Shown in pieces: positions 14,369 to 23,877 of a DNA stretch of 47,975 bases. The stretch spans positions 1 through 47,975 of the forward strand of contig JAIFWV010000005.1 of NCBI GenBank assembly GCA_019659055.1. The letters run 5' to 3'. The DNA comes from Candidatus Doudnabacteria bacterium. Lineage in GTDB: Bacteria > Patescibacteriota > Doudnabacteria > UBA920 > O2-02-FULL-48-8. The notes under the pieces were generated by a model. The model made no database searches and was not told the DNA's origin. It was given only the letters and a program-made list of their open reading frames with translations. A program made the translations under genes and the position numbers. Each line of letters starts with the position of its first letter. Within the stretch, counting starts at the first letter, position 1.

Positions 14369-16405
14369 ATGAAAAGATTAGTCCTGTTTTTTGTTTGCGT
14401 ATCGTTGTTCACTTTTCCCAGTACAACAAAAGCGGCGGCAGACCATTTGGTCATAAACCAAATCCAAGTGGCCGGAGCTACAGCTGATGACGAATTTATA
14501 GAGATATATAATCCCAGCGAGTCTCCGATCACGATCTCGGGCTGGTCCGTGCAATACAAATCCTCTTCGGGTAGTTTCCCGCTGACTTCCGGGAAAAAGA
14601 ATTTGCCCGAAGCAGTGGTCCCGTCTCATGGATATTTTCTTATAGCGCATACAAATTATGTTGGCTCGGTGGTGGCGGACGTCTCTCATGGAAGTTTTAG
14701 CATGTCGGCTTCAACCGGCGGCGCGACAATATTTTTGGTAAATAGCACGGCTTTTTTGAGCTCCGGTACAGACACAACCATTGTCGATAAGGTCGCGTAT
14801 GGGACTTCCGCCCAAAATTCTCCTGAAAGTGTACAGGCCCCAGTCCCGCCAGCAAGTCAGGTGATTTCGCGCACGGATGGTGCGGATACCGATAACAACT
14901 CAGTGGATTTTTCCGTTTCTGCACCCAATCCGCATAATTCAGCTTCTGTTCCGGCCTCACCAATCCCGGCACCGGCTCCGGCTCCGGCACCCGCGCCAAG
15001 CGGCGGGGGAAGCAGTGCGCTTGTTTACAGCAGTGCTGTGACCATTTCCGAATTTTTGCCCAATCCAGACGGTGCTGATTCCGGCGAAGAATGGATAGAA
15101 CTATATAATTCGAGTAATGTCGCCGTCGATCTCGCGGGTTGGATACTCGACGACGAATCCAAGACCGGGTCTGTTGGTTCGAGTGCATATACTCTTCCGG
15201 CCGGGACAGTTATTTCTGCTGAAAATTTTCTGGCGCTCGACCTGCCGGAAGGGTCATTTGGTTTGGATAATACCGGCGGCGATGTCCTGCGCCTGCTTTG
15301 GCCAAACAAGCAAGTTGCATCCCAAATCGCGTACACTGGCAATGCGCCTGAGGATACGTCTTACGCCCGCAAAGACGATAGTAGTTTTGATTGGACAAAA
15401 AACGCGACCAAAGGTTCGGCCAATAAATTTAATCTCTTCACTCCGGCAGAAAGTATCCACATAGACACGACTCACGCTGATTATTCCACGACAAAGATTC
15501 GGATCAATGAAATTTTTCCCAATCCAGCCGGGACTGACTCCGGCCAGGAATGGGTCGAGGTGATAAACGAGGGCACACAAGCTCTAACGCTTCATGATTG
15601 GATCCTCGATGATGGCGGCAAAGACGATCCGATTGGGTCTTCGGCTTACCGCATCCAAAGCCCCACCGTCGCCGCAGGTTCGGTCGCCAAAGTCAGTATT
15701 CCCGCCGGTAAATTTGCCATGAACAATACTGGCACCGAAACGATCCGGTTGTTTAGTCCCGATAAGGTTCTGGCCGACAGCGTGACATATTCAGGAGCCA
15801 AGGAGGGATTGAGCTTTAGTAATCTTGGCGGCAAATGGGTTTGGACAAGCCCGAGCCCAGATGCGGCAAACACAAACTCTGAACCAGCGGCTTCGGTAGT
15901 TATTAGCGAAGTCTTTCCAAATCCTTCGAAAGCTGAAGAGTTTATCGAACTCATGAACGCCTCTGAAACTACTACAGACCTCACCGGCTGGAAACTCAAA
16001 AGTTTGCACGGTTCGTATAATTTGAGCGGCAGTCTCGAGGCGGGGAAATTTCTCGTGGTCAAACGCTCGCAAAGCAATATTGCTCTGGGTAACTCTGCCA
16101 AAGAAGACCTTCAGCTGATTAATTCCCTCGGGCAAATTGTTTCCGCTGTGCAATACGAGGATGCTCCCATGAATCAATCCTTGGCCCGCAACGAAGCGGA
16201 TGGATACGATTGGTCAGTCCTGCTAACTCCGGGAGAGGCCAACAAATTCGGCAAGTCGGGCAAAGTTAGCGGGGCAACACTGGTCCGCACTGGCAATGAC
16301 CAAAAAGCCGGTAACCCAATGTTTAATTATTTTGCCCCGTTTATCATTATTTGGTATATTGCCAGAGCAATTGTTAACCCTCAAGGAGAAACCGAAAATG
16401 AATAA
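14369..16405 (+). CDS. Surface protein with multiple lamin-tail domains
   Basis: Signal peptide; four repeats of (V/I)xI(N/S)(Q/E)...EFIE/EWIE; PAPAPA linker; C-terminal hydrophobic segment. Confidence 0.85.
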   Translation: MKRLVLFFVCVSLFTFPSTTKAAADHLVINQIQVAGATADDEFIEIYNPSESPITISGWSVQYKSSSGSFPLTSGKKNLPEAVVPSHGYFLIAHTNYVGSVVADVSHGSFSMSASTGGATIFLVNSTAFLSSGTDTTIVDKVAYGTSAQNSPESVQAPVPPASQVISRTDGADTDNNSVDFSVSAPNPHNSASVPASPIPAPAPAPAPAPSGGGSSALVYSSAVTISEFLPNPDGADSGEEWIELYNSSNVAVDLAGWILDDESKTGSVGSSAYTLPAGTVISAENFLALDLPEGSFGLDNTGGDVLRLLWPNKQVASQIAYTGNAPEDTSYARKDDSSFDWTKNATKGSANKFNLFTPAESIHIDTTHADYSTTKIRINEIFPNPAGTDSGQEWVEVINEGTQALTLHDWILDDGGKDDPIGSSAYRIQSPTVAAGSVAKVSIPAGKFAMNNTGTETIRLFSPDKVLADSVTYSGAKEGLSFSNLGGKWVWTSPSPDAANTNSEPAASVVISEVFPNPSKAEEFIELMNASETTTDLTGWKLKSLHGSYNLSGSLEAGKFLVVKRSQSNIALGNSAKEDLQLINSLGQIVSAVQYEDAPMNQSLARNEADGYDWSVLLTPGEANKFGKSGKVSGATLVRTGNDQKAGNPMFNYFAPFIIIWYIARAIVNPQGETENE

Positions 16406-16673
16406 ACAAGAATTGATCGAAGCGCTGGCAGTAAAACTGGGCACGGGCAAAGCTGATGCCGAGCGCGCACTGCAGGCGTTTGTGGATGTGATTACCGACG
16501 CTCTGCGGACTGGCAATGAAGTAAATATTTCCGGCTTCGGAGCGTTTTCGGTTTCCGACCGGGCCGCCCGCATGGGAGTGAATCCTCAGAATCCGGCTCA
16601 GAAAATTCAGATTGCGGCCGTAAAGGTTCCCAAGTTTCGCGCCGGCAAAGGCCTTAAGGATGCCGTAAGGTAA
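16398..16673 (+). CDS. hup: HU family DNA-binding protein
   Basis: MNKQELI...GFGAF...RAARMGVNPQ...KVPKFRAGKGLKDAV; SD AAGGAG. Confidence 0.95.
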   Translation: MNKQELIEALAVKLGTGKADAERALQAFVDVITDALRTGNEVNISGFGAFSVSDRAARMGVNPQNPAQKIQIAAVKVPKFRAGKGLKDAVR

Positions 16674-16689
16674 ACTCGAAGTTAACTAA

Positions 16690-17082
16690 GCCATTGCGAG
16701 GAGCTAAATTAGATAACATGAGGCGACGAAGCAATCATTTCCAAGACGAACCGACGTGTTCTATTTATATACTAACTAATTTTACAAATACCACACTATA
16801 CACCGGATTCAGTACGAGACTTAAGCAAAGAATTTGGGAACATAAGCAGAAATTAGTAAAAGGTTTTGCAAGTAAATACAATCTTACAAAGCTTGTATAT
16901 TATGAGGCCGGTGGTGATTATGATTCAACCCTTGCAAGGGAAAAACAAATCAAAGCTGGCTCAAGGACAGATAAGATAAAACTTATCGAAAACCTGAATC
17001 CTAAGTGGAAAGATCTCTATGACGACTTAGATTAGATCGCCACGTCGTCCCGCGAACTGCAAGCGGGACTCCTCGCGATGGC
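16690..17082. mobile_element. REP-flanked GIY-YIG module
   Basis: Arms 16690-16736 (GCCATTGCGAGGAG..CGACGAAGCAATC) and 17034-17082 are mutual inverted repeats. Confidence 0.65.
16718..17035 (+). CDS. GIY-YIG nuclease family protein (start uncertain)
   Basis: IYILTN...LYTG...RIWEHK...KYNLTKLVYYE...AREKQIK...NPKWKDL. Confidence 0.88.
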   Translation: MRRRSNHFQDEPTCSIYILTNFTNTTLYTGFSTRLKQRIWEHKQKLVKGFASKYNLTKLVYYEAGGDYDSTLAREKQIKAGSRTDKIKLIENLNPKWKDLYDDLD

Positions 17083-17111
17083 AAGTTACAATTAAGTTAT
17101 GGCCATAATTT

Positions 17112-17136
17112 AAAACCCGCTTCGAGCGGGTTTTTT
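17112..17136. terminator. Bidirectional intrinsic terminator
   Basis: AAAACCCGCTTCGAGCGGGTTTTTT. Confidence 0.85.
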
Positions 17137-17148
17137 GATGGTTTTTTC

Positions 17149-17222
17149 TGGTCGGGGTGCTGGGAATTGAACCCAGTCTATCTGCTCCCAAAGCAGACGT
17201 ACTACCGGTATACGACACCCCG
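17149..17222 (-). tRNA. tRNA-Pro(TGG)
   Basis: CGGGGTG acceptor, TCTGC-TT TGG GA-GCAGA, GGTTCAATTCC, encoded CCA. Confidence 0.95.
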
Positions 17223-17230
17223 TAATTGGA

Positions 17231-17470
17231 TCAGGGTAAGAGTTTCTTCAGCTCATTATACCCTTTATGTGTTTTGAAATATCTCTCTCTTTTTCTTGCA
17301 TCGGCTTCGATCTCATATGATTCCGTATATATCAGCCTCAAAGGGAGTCGACTTTTTGTAGAGAATACAAGACCTTTGTTATGTTGCTCAACTCTTCTAT
17401 TTAGGTCATTAGTGCTTCCGATGTATCTTTTTCTATCCTTCAAGCTTTGTAATATATACACGTGATACAT
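17231..17470 (-). CDS. GIY-YIG nuclease family protein
   Basis: MYHVYILQS...YIGSTNDLNRRVEQHN...A.KRERYFK. Confidence 0.9.
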   Translation of the reverse strand: MYHVYILQSLKDRKRYIGSTNDLNRRVEQHNKGLVFSTKSRLPLRLIYTESYEIEADARKRERYFKTHKGYNELKKLLP

Positions 17471-17481
17471 TAGGGTATTTT

Positions 17482-17542
17482 AAGCAGACGTACTACCGGC
17501 CCGCCCCTACGGGTCGTAGGCCCGGGGGTATACGACACCCCG
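17482..17542 (-). repeat. Duplicated 5' half of tRNA-Pro with a 29-bp insert in the D-loop
   Basis: Matches the tRNA from its 5' end through U33; insert 17500-17528 contains CCTAC/GTAGG hairpin. Confidence 0.85.
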
Positions 17543-17564
17543 TTGTCTGGAGTTGAACCAGTTA

Positions 17565-17593
17565 ATTATACTCAAATTAGCAATCCTTTACAA
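17565..17593 (-). promoter_or_regulatory. sigma70 promoter for the half-tRNA/GIY-YIG/tRNA-Pro transcript
   Basis: TTGTAA-N17-TATAAT on minus strand. Confidence 0.65.
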
Positions 17594-17623
17594 TACTCCT
17601 AGTTTTTAAATATACTTATATAC

Positions 17624-18226
17624 ATGGTGACTATTCTTTCAGATTATTATAATGACAACCGCAAATGGATCCTACTGGTGGCCAAGTGGTTTCTGGCGGC
17701 CATGGCTGTGGGTGGAATAGCCTTTTTTATCAAACCGAATTTGGTGGACAGCATTCTCGGAATTTTTCAGAATAAGTACGGCGATCAGCCGGTCCGCGAC
17801 ATCAATTTTGCCAAAGAAATTTTCCTTCAAAACAGCCTCGCTTGCCTCATCGCCCTGGTGGGCGGTATCATCTTTGGCATCAGTTCGGTGCTTACCGTTT
17901 TTTTCAACGGGTTTATCATCGGCTTTGTGATCATGCTTTTGGTGACGAGTCTTTCCGGTAATCCTTTCCACAACATTGAGTACGTCGTTTTGGGTCTGGG
18001 CCCTCATGGGATATTTGAACTGCCGGCGTTTATCCTGGCTTCGGCCTTGGGTCTGCGGCTGGGTACCGAGTGGCTTAAGAGCGAAAACCATGGTCATCGG
18101 TGGGGGACGCTCAAGGCCAACGCTATAAGAGTCATCCAAAGCATGCCTTTGCTTATCATAATGCTTTTGATAGCGGCTGTTGTTGAGGTATTCGTCTCGG
18201 GGAGCTTTGTAGAGAGCTTTAATTGA
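17624..18226 (+). CDS. SpoIIM-like membrane protein
   Basis: IFLQNS...FFNGFIIG...PHGIFELPA...AAVVE. Confidence 0.85.
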   Translation: MVTILSDYYNDNRKWILLVAKWFLAAMAVGGIAFFIKPNLVDSILGIFQNKYGDQPVRDINFAKEIFLQNSLACLIALVGGIIFGISSVLTVFFNGFIIGFVIMLLVTSLSGNPFHNIEYVVLGLGPHGIFELPAFILASALGLRLGTEWLKSENHGHRWGTLKANAIRVIQSMPLLIIMLLIAAVVEVFVSGSFVESFN

Positions 18227-18229
18227 TTT

Positions 18230-18274
18230 TTGACAACCCGAAATCATGAGTTTATGATTTAAGGTACTATAAAC
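18230..18274 (+). promoter_or_regulatory. sigma70 promoter module, copy 1
   Basis: TTGACA-N17-TATGAT followed by TTAAGGTACTATAAAC. Confidence 0.75.
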
Positions 18275-18288
18275 TTGTCGGATAAAGG

Positions 18289-18546
18289 ATGCACCCCATG
18301 GACGAAGATAAAGCAATAAAAAAGTTAATAGACCATGATAGTCATTTCGACAAAATCGAAAATCGTCTTGACGAAATGGTTACAAAGTCCGAATTCAATA
18401 CTCGGCTAGATGAAATGATGGTTATTTTAAAGCGTCTTGATCAAGAACGGGTATTTACAACAGAGTGGATCAAGCGAATAGAATCCGAAGTGGAACAGCA
18501 CACAAAAGACCTAGGTAAACTTAAAGAACACCTCGGAATAGCCTAA
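18289..18546 (+). CDS. Small coiled-coil hypothetical protein
   Basis: Heptad-rich sequence with VTKSEF motif; promoter upstream. Confidence 0.75.
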   Translation: MHPMDEDKAIKKLIDHDSHFDKIENRLDEMVTKSEFNTRLDEMMVILKRLDQERVFTTEWIKRIESEVEQHTKDLGKLKEHLGIA

Positions 18547-18608
18547 GATTAGTTTATTCACAACCTGTGGAGAACTTTAAGTAGAGTTATACACACTTGT
18601 GGACAAAG

Positions 18609-18640
18609 AAAAAATCCCATCAAAATCGATGGGATTTTTT
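18609..18640. terminator. Bidirectional terminator
   Basis: AAAAAATCCCATC-aaaatc-GATGGGATTTTTT. Confidence 0.8.
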
Positions 18641-18644
18641 CTTC

Positions 18645-18718
18645 TGGAGCAGGATACGGGAATCGAACCCGTGCCACCAGCTTGGAAGGCTAGCGTACTA
18701 CCATTATACGAATCCTGC
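18645..18718 (-). tRNA. tRNA-Gly(TCC)
   Basis: GCAGGAT acceptor, CTAGC-CT TCC AA-GCTGG, GGTTCGATTCC, CCA. Confidence 0.95.
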
Positions 18719-18818
18719 GTTTCAACTAGATAAGGTTAGCAAAAATTTCGGGCATAAACAACCCTTGGCCGTTTTAACCAAGGATTGTCCTGTTTTGCGA
18801 CCCGGCTTTAGGTTAATA

Positions 18819-18847
18819 TTGACAAAGTAGTGCATATATAATATAGT
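18819..18847 (+). promoter_or_regulatory. sigma70 promoter of the large surface-protein gene
   Basis: TTGACA-N17-TATAGT. Confidence 0.75.
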
Positions 18848-18877
18848 ACGGTTACTCGAAATATGAATAAACCACAA

Positions 18878-19287
18878 GCAAACCATCATAAATAGCCACT
18901 TCGTTTCGTTGCCGAAAGGCAAGGGAATGAGTGGTTTTTCTGTTGTTTGCGGGCGAATTTTGTTTCGGGGTTTACGTTTCCAAGTTGTCAACAAGTTTTT
19001 CGAAGATTTGTTGTAACTTACAGCGTAAATGTTCGTCTTAGCATATGGACAGGCCAATCTTGGTCGAATTCGGGGAAACCCGGTTTCAAGAAAGAAAAAC
19101 CTGAAAACTTATTTATAAATAGATCATGGTCCACCTTAGAAGTGGGCGGTCGATCTTGTGTCTACTAACTAGAAGCCTGAAAGCCTTCTTATAAATAAGA
19201 AACCCGCGGGTATTAACGCGGGATTCCATACATATTAATAACAACATGTTTACCGAGGTAGTTTGGGTAGATTGATTGTCGCATATG
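18878..19287 (+). ncRNA. Long structured leader or unknown ncRNA upstream of S-layer-like gene
   Basis: Abutting long hairpins 18878-18950 (GAAA loop) and 18951-19038 (TTCG loop); multibranch domain closed by 19042-19047/19282-19287; no credible ORF. Confidence 0.55.
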
Positions 19288-19335
19288 AACAATTAATCCA
19301 TATCTAAATCATATTTCGATAAACAGGAGATTACA

Positions 19336-22300
19336 ATGCAACTAACTCACAATGCACGCAAAGGCATGGCTATCGGCCTGGCGGCATCAACTTTGTTGAT
19401 GACTGCTATGACCGGTTTGATCCCTGCTGCTTTTGCTGCACCTCATGCAGAAGGTTGTTTGGTCCTCTCTTCTGGCACCGTTTACATGGTAACCGGCGGC
19501 CAATTGCGAGGTTTTCCTTCAGCTGATGTCTTTACCTCTTGGGGTAATGGCTTTGGCGGGGTCCAACAAGCAACTGCAGAAGATTTGGCTCTCCCAATGG
19601 GACCAGTCCTCGTTTACGCGGACGGTACCTTGGTCAAGGGTCCAAATGATCCATTGGTCTACTTAGTAGCCAGCGGACAAAAGAGGGGTTTCACCACCGG
19701 TTCAGTGTTTACAGGACTTGGTTTCAAGTTCTCAAACATCCAATCAGCACCTGCTAACACTTTTGCTGATTTGCCGACTGGTGCCAACCTCAACTCAGCT
19801 ACCGAGCGACACACAGCCGGTGTCTGGGTACTCGACTCCACAGGTACAGTTTGGAGAATGACAGCTACCGGACGCGTAGGACTTCCTTCAATGGCAGTCT
19901 TCAACTCTTGGGGCAAATCATTCGCGACCGTTGTCTCTGCTAACGCAGCTGACATGGCCGCGGCCGTAGAAGGTGTTGCGCAAGCAAAGCCTTCCTGCGG
20001 TTCTTCAAATCCACCTCCATCAGGCGGAATGAGCGTAACAACCTCAGGCCCAGTTGGTTCTACCTTGATTGAAACTTCAGTTGCCAACAACTTGGCTGAC
20101 TTTACCTTCAATGGTAATGGCACCATTACATCCTTGGTGCTTGAAAGAACTGGCGTTTCAACAAGTTCCACACTTTCAAACGTCTATTTGTTTGATGGTT
20201 CTACTCGTTTGACTGATGCATACACATTTGGTTCAGACAACAAGCTTACAATGAGCTCCTCATCCCTCTTCTCAGTTTCCGGTTCTAAGACCGTTTCTGT
20301 AAGAGCAGATGTTGCTGCCTCAACTGCAGGTCAGAGCGTAGGAGTCAAATTGAACTCTTACAATGGCAATGCAGTATCGGTGATGGGTAACAGCTTCAGT
20401 ATTGCAGCCAACCCAGGGAGTGGTGGTCTGTCCACAGCTACCTTTGGTTCAGTAACTCCTTCCGGATCTGTTGATCCAGGAAATGATCTTACTCTTTGGC
20501 AGAGCACTCTGACAGTCGCCAGCCATGATGTCTGGTTTACCAGATTATCCCTTAGAAAGATCGGTTCAATTAACAACTCTGATGTAAACAACTTCAAGTT
20601 GTACATCAATGGTGTCCAACAGGCTGCTTCCTTCAGCTTGAATGCTGATGGATACGTAACGTTGACCCCAGCTTCACCAGTGAAGTTGACGACCACAGCT
20701 CACGTAATCCGTGTTGCCGGCGATATAATTGGTGGTTCTACACGAACCCTCCGATTGTCTCTCCGCAACAAAGCAGACATCGGCCTTGTTGACGCAAGCT
20801 TCAATGCAGGCGTCGGCATCGGAACTGCTGTTCCTCTTGACGCCGGTACAGATCTCACCGTTTCTGGTGGAACCTTCACCGTAGTCAAAGCTGGTAACTC
20901 CCCATCAGGTAACGTAGTCAAAGATGCCACAGACGTAGTCGTGGGCAAATGGACTGTTACTGCCTTGGGTGAACCGCTTAAAATTGAAACATTGAACTTT
21001 GGTATCGACACTTCATTGACTGATGCCAACGTAACCTTCCGAAGCGTCCGCGTTTTGGTCAACGGTTCACAAGTCGGTGCTACAACCTCAGTTGCGGCAG
21101 AAGACTTTGGCACAGTAGTTGAAACCGGTACCCAGTTCACCACGAACTTCACAGTCCAACCAGGTGTTCCTGCAACTGTGGAATTGCGTGCTGATATGTT
21201 TGACAACGAAGGCGGTAATGACATAGTAAATGCTGCCACATTGGTTGCATCTATGATCGCCGGAGATTGGAATAACGGTACATTCCAGAATTCACTCACT
21301 GTAACCGATGTTGCAAATGGAACTGTAGGAACTGCAAACAACACTCCTGCAAATTCCTTGACTATAGTTACTGGAACAATGGCATTGGCCAAACAGTCCA
21401 ACTACACCAACCAGACAACCAATGTTCCTTTGACCAACTATGCTTTGGGCAAATTGAATCTCACTGGCAATGCAAGTGAAGATGTCAACGTCACAAGCAT
21501 CTCTGTTGATTTGACCTCAGTTACCAACGCAACATTCTCGTCTGCTGATATTACAAATATGTATATCAAGTACGGCAACCAGACTTCAACTGTGAAGTCA
21601 TCGGTTTCCGCAACAGGTAACGCGTACTCTGTAAGCTTCGTTTTGGCTAAGAATTCTGTTGTGCCGATTGAAATTTATGGAAACGTAGGTTCAACAATCA
21701 CGGCTGCAGACTCAATCAAAACTACAACAACCATTACTGGTACAACTGTCGGATCAGCAACAGCGGTTACAACCGGTGCTGTTGATGGACAAACAATCAT
21801 TTATGGCGCTGGCACTGTTGCCACAGCCGTATCTGGTTCTACTCCAATTGCTGCAATTCTTTACAGCAATCAGACAGCTGATGTAGCTCAATTGGATGTA
21901 ATCACAACAAACGATTCATTCACAATTACTGAGTTGAAAGTCAAGTTTGCCGCATTGCCAACGTCCCTCACTCAAGTTCACTTGAAGGATGGCGGTTCAG
22001 TGTTGCAAAGCCAACCGGCTGCTGCATCGGTAACCTTCACAGGTCTCTCGATCCCAGTAGGCGCCAACGTCACCAAGACCCTTACCGCAGCTGTTACTGT
22101 CGGTAACGTCGGGACTGGTGCTGGTGCAACAGGTGAATCAGTGCTCGCTACCTTTGATGATGTCAAAACTTTGAACTCACAAGGTACTGAAGCTACTGAC
22201 GCCACCGACCGAGCTGGTACTGCTCAGTATGCTTACAAGACAACTCCACAAATCGACGCTGTCGCTTTGGGAACAACCGCCCTCTCCAACTCTAACGTGG

Positions 22301-22770
22301 TATTGAATAAATTCCAGGTTCAGGGCAATGGTGGAACAATCGGTTGGAAGAAACTTGTCTTCACAGTAACCAAGACCTCTGCCCCAGTAGTCACCAATGC
22401 CACTTTGTGGGATATGACAGCTGGCGGTACACAAGTCGCTGGTGCTGCAACTTTGACCACAGTTGGCTCTACGAACCTTTCTGGTTCTATCGCCTTCGTA
22501 GCAACAACCGAACAACAAATCTCGTCAGCTCATGTATATGAACTCCGAGCCGATGTTGCTTCCTCTGTTGCAGGTGACTCTATCTCCTCTAAGATCAACA
22601 ATGGCACAGCTTATGCTGCTTCAGCTGCTTACGCAACTGTTGCCGGTACAGCTGCCAACGTTGCTTGGACCGATCGATCACTCAATGGTCACTCTGAGTC
22701 AACACTTGACTGGACCAATGAAAACTCGATTAAGAATTTGCCAACAACATTGCAAACTCTATCTCGTTAA
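19336..22770 (+). CDS. Large S-layer-like cell-surface protein (1144 aa)
   Basis: Signal peptide; three N-terminal repeats (G.LV...GTVY.V..G..RGF.S..VF..WG..F); Thr/Ser/Val/Gly-rich beta-sandwich body; visibly biased codon usage; SD AGGAG. Confidence 0.8.
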   Translation: MQLTHNARKGMAIGLAASTLLMTAMTGLIPAAFAAPHAEGCLVLSSGTVYMVTGGQLRGFPSADVFTSWGNGFGGVQQATAEDLALPMGPVLVYADGTLVKGPNDPLVYLVASGQKRGFTTGSVFTGLGFKFSNIQSAPANTFADLPTGANLNSATERHTAGVWVLDSTGTVWRMTATGRVGLPSMAVFNSWGKSFATVVSANAADMAAAVEGVAQAKPSCGSSNPPPSGGMSVTTSGPVGSTLIETSVANNLADFTFNGNGTITSLVLERTGVSTSSTLSNVYLFDGSTRLTDAYTFGSDNKLTMSSSSLFSVSGSKTVSVRADVAASTAGQSVGVKLNSYNGNAVSVMGNSFSIAANPGSGGLSTATFGSVTPSGSVDPGNDLTLWQSTLTVASHDVWFTRLSLRKIGSINNSDVNNFKLYINGVQQAASFSLNADGYVTLTPASPVKLTTTAHVIRVAGDIIGGSTRTLRLSLRNKADIGLVDASFNAGVGIGTAVPLDAGTDLTVSGGTFTVVKAGNSPSGNVVKDATDVVVGKWTVTALGEPLKIETLNFGIDTSLTDANVTFRSVRVLVNGSQVGATTSVAAEDFGTVVETGTQFTTNFTVQPGVPATVELRADMFDNEGGNDIVNAATLVASMIAGDWNNGTFQNSLTVTDVANGTVGTANNTPANSLTIVTGTMALAKQSNYTNQTTNVPLTNYALGKLNLTGNASEDVNVTSISVDLTSVTNATFSSADITNMYIKYGNQTSTVKSSVSATGNAYSVSFVLAKNSVVPIEIYGNVGSTITAADSIKTTTTITGTTVGSATAVTTGAVDGQTIIYGAGTVATAVSGSTPIAAILYSNQTADVAQLDVITTNDSFTITELKVKFAALPTSLTQVHLKDGGSVLQSQPAAASVTFTGLSIPVGANVTKTLTAAVTVGNVGTGAGATGESVLATFDDVKTLNSQGTEATDATDRAGTAQYAYKTTPQIDAVALGTTALSNSNVVLNKFQVQGNGGTIGWKKLVFTVTKTSAPVVTNATLWDMTAGGTQVAGAATLTTVGSTNLSGSIAFVATTEQQISSAHVYELRADVASSVAGDSISSKINNGTAYAASAAYATVAGTAANVAWTDRSLNGHSESTLDWTNENSIKNLPTTLQTLSR

Positions 22771-22811
22771 TTCGTTGAGTTAAGTTTCTAGGAACTTAGA
22801 GAAACCTAGGC

Positions 22812-22837
22812 AAAACCGCCCCTTCTGGGGCGGTTTT
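22812..22837 (+). terminator. Intrinsic terminator
   Basis: AAAACCGCCCC-ttct-GGGGCGGTTTT. Confidence 0.85.
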
Positions 22838-22858
22838 GATTTGGTATAATGAACTTGT

Positions 22859-23857
22859 ATGAAGATAGATAAGAAAATGGCTGGTGCGGTTATAGCCGCC
22901 GCATTGATTGCGGCTTTTGGGTCGTTTCTCGTAACCTCTAGTCACTACCAAAAAAAAGAAGACCGGGCTTTCGGCGAGATCAAATCTATAAGAGAGAACA
23001 ACAGTCGCTATCATTATATAAATCCGCTTTTGGCTTACGACCTGCCTGAGAGCCAAGATTTGGGGGAGTACTCGGAGCTTCATAAAAAACTGACAGATCT
23101 GGTCGAGGACGAGAAATCCTCCGGCAAGGCTGATGACATCTCGGTATATTTTCGAGGCAATCAGGGCCGCTGGCTGGGAGTCAATGAAAACGAGCGTTAT
23201 TATCCGGCAAGTCTCCTCAAGGTGGTAGTTATGATGGCCTACTACGACCAGGCTCAATCAGATCCGTCCATCTTAGGCAGGGCTATAATTTACAGCCCTC
23301 AAATTCAGAGCCAAGTGGTAGATTCTGAATTCAATACGCCCTCGTCTCTCAAATTAAATATAAGTTATAAAGTCGACGATCTGATCCGGTATATGATTGT
23401 GGATTCGGACAACGGTGCGACGTACACACTTTTGGATTCCCTGAACGATAATAAGCTCGATCAGATTTACAGCGACTTTGGCCTTCAGGGTCCAAACGAT
23501 AATTCGGCCTATGAGATTTCTACAAGGAACTACTCACTATTTTTTCGGATTTTATATAATGCTACATATTTGAACCGCGAGTTTTCCGAAAAAGCACTCA
23601 GCCTTCTATCTCAAACAAAGTTCAAAGATGGCCTCTTGGCCGGGTTACCCTCGGGTACTGCTGTTGCCCATAAGTTTGGGGAGCACGTTCTCAACGACGA
23701 TAAGGGTAACCAAATCGGAGTGGAACTCCATGACTGCGGGTTGGTATATGGCCGCCAAAATTACCTGTTATGCGTGATGACCCGCGGCAAAAATGTGGAT
23801 GAATTGAAAAATGTTATAAAAGATATTTCTGCTTTGGTGTATAATGAAAATAATTAA
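22859..23857 (+). CDS. Class A beta-lactamase-related serine hydrolase
   Basis: ASLLK (SxxK), SDN, HKFG, HDCG; N-terminal anchor. Confidence 0.88.
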   Translation: MKIDKKMAGAVIAAALIAAFGSFLVTSSHYQKKEDRAFGEIKSIRENNSRYHYINPLLAYDLPESQDLGEYSELHKKLTDLVEDEKSSGKADDISVYFRGNQGRWLGVNENERYYPASLLKVVVMMAYYDQAQSDPSILGRAIIYSPQIQSQVVDSEFNTPSSLKLNISYKVDDLIRYMIVDSDNGATYTLLDSLNDNKLDQIYSDFGLQGPNDNSAYEISTRNYSLFFRILYNATYLNREFSEKALSLLSQTKFKDGLLAGLPSGTAVAHKFGEHVLNDDKGNQIGVELHDCGLVYGRQNYLLCVMTRGKNVDELKNVIKDISALVYNENN

Positions 23858-23877
23858 GAATAATTTCTATATATATC

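Noticed and set aside
17231-17542. Group I intron in tRNA-Pro
   Set aside because: The break at U33 is suggestive, but a complete tRNA follows rather than a 3' exon, and no intron core fits in the interval
18878-18950. c-di-GMP-I riboswitch
   Set aside because: GCAAACC and a GAAA loop are present but not in the consensus two-stem arrangement
22859-23857. Antibiotic-resistance beta-lactamase
   Set aside because: Motifs show the fold only; activity cannot be inferred from sequence
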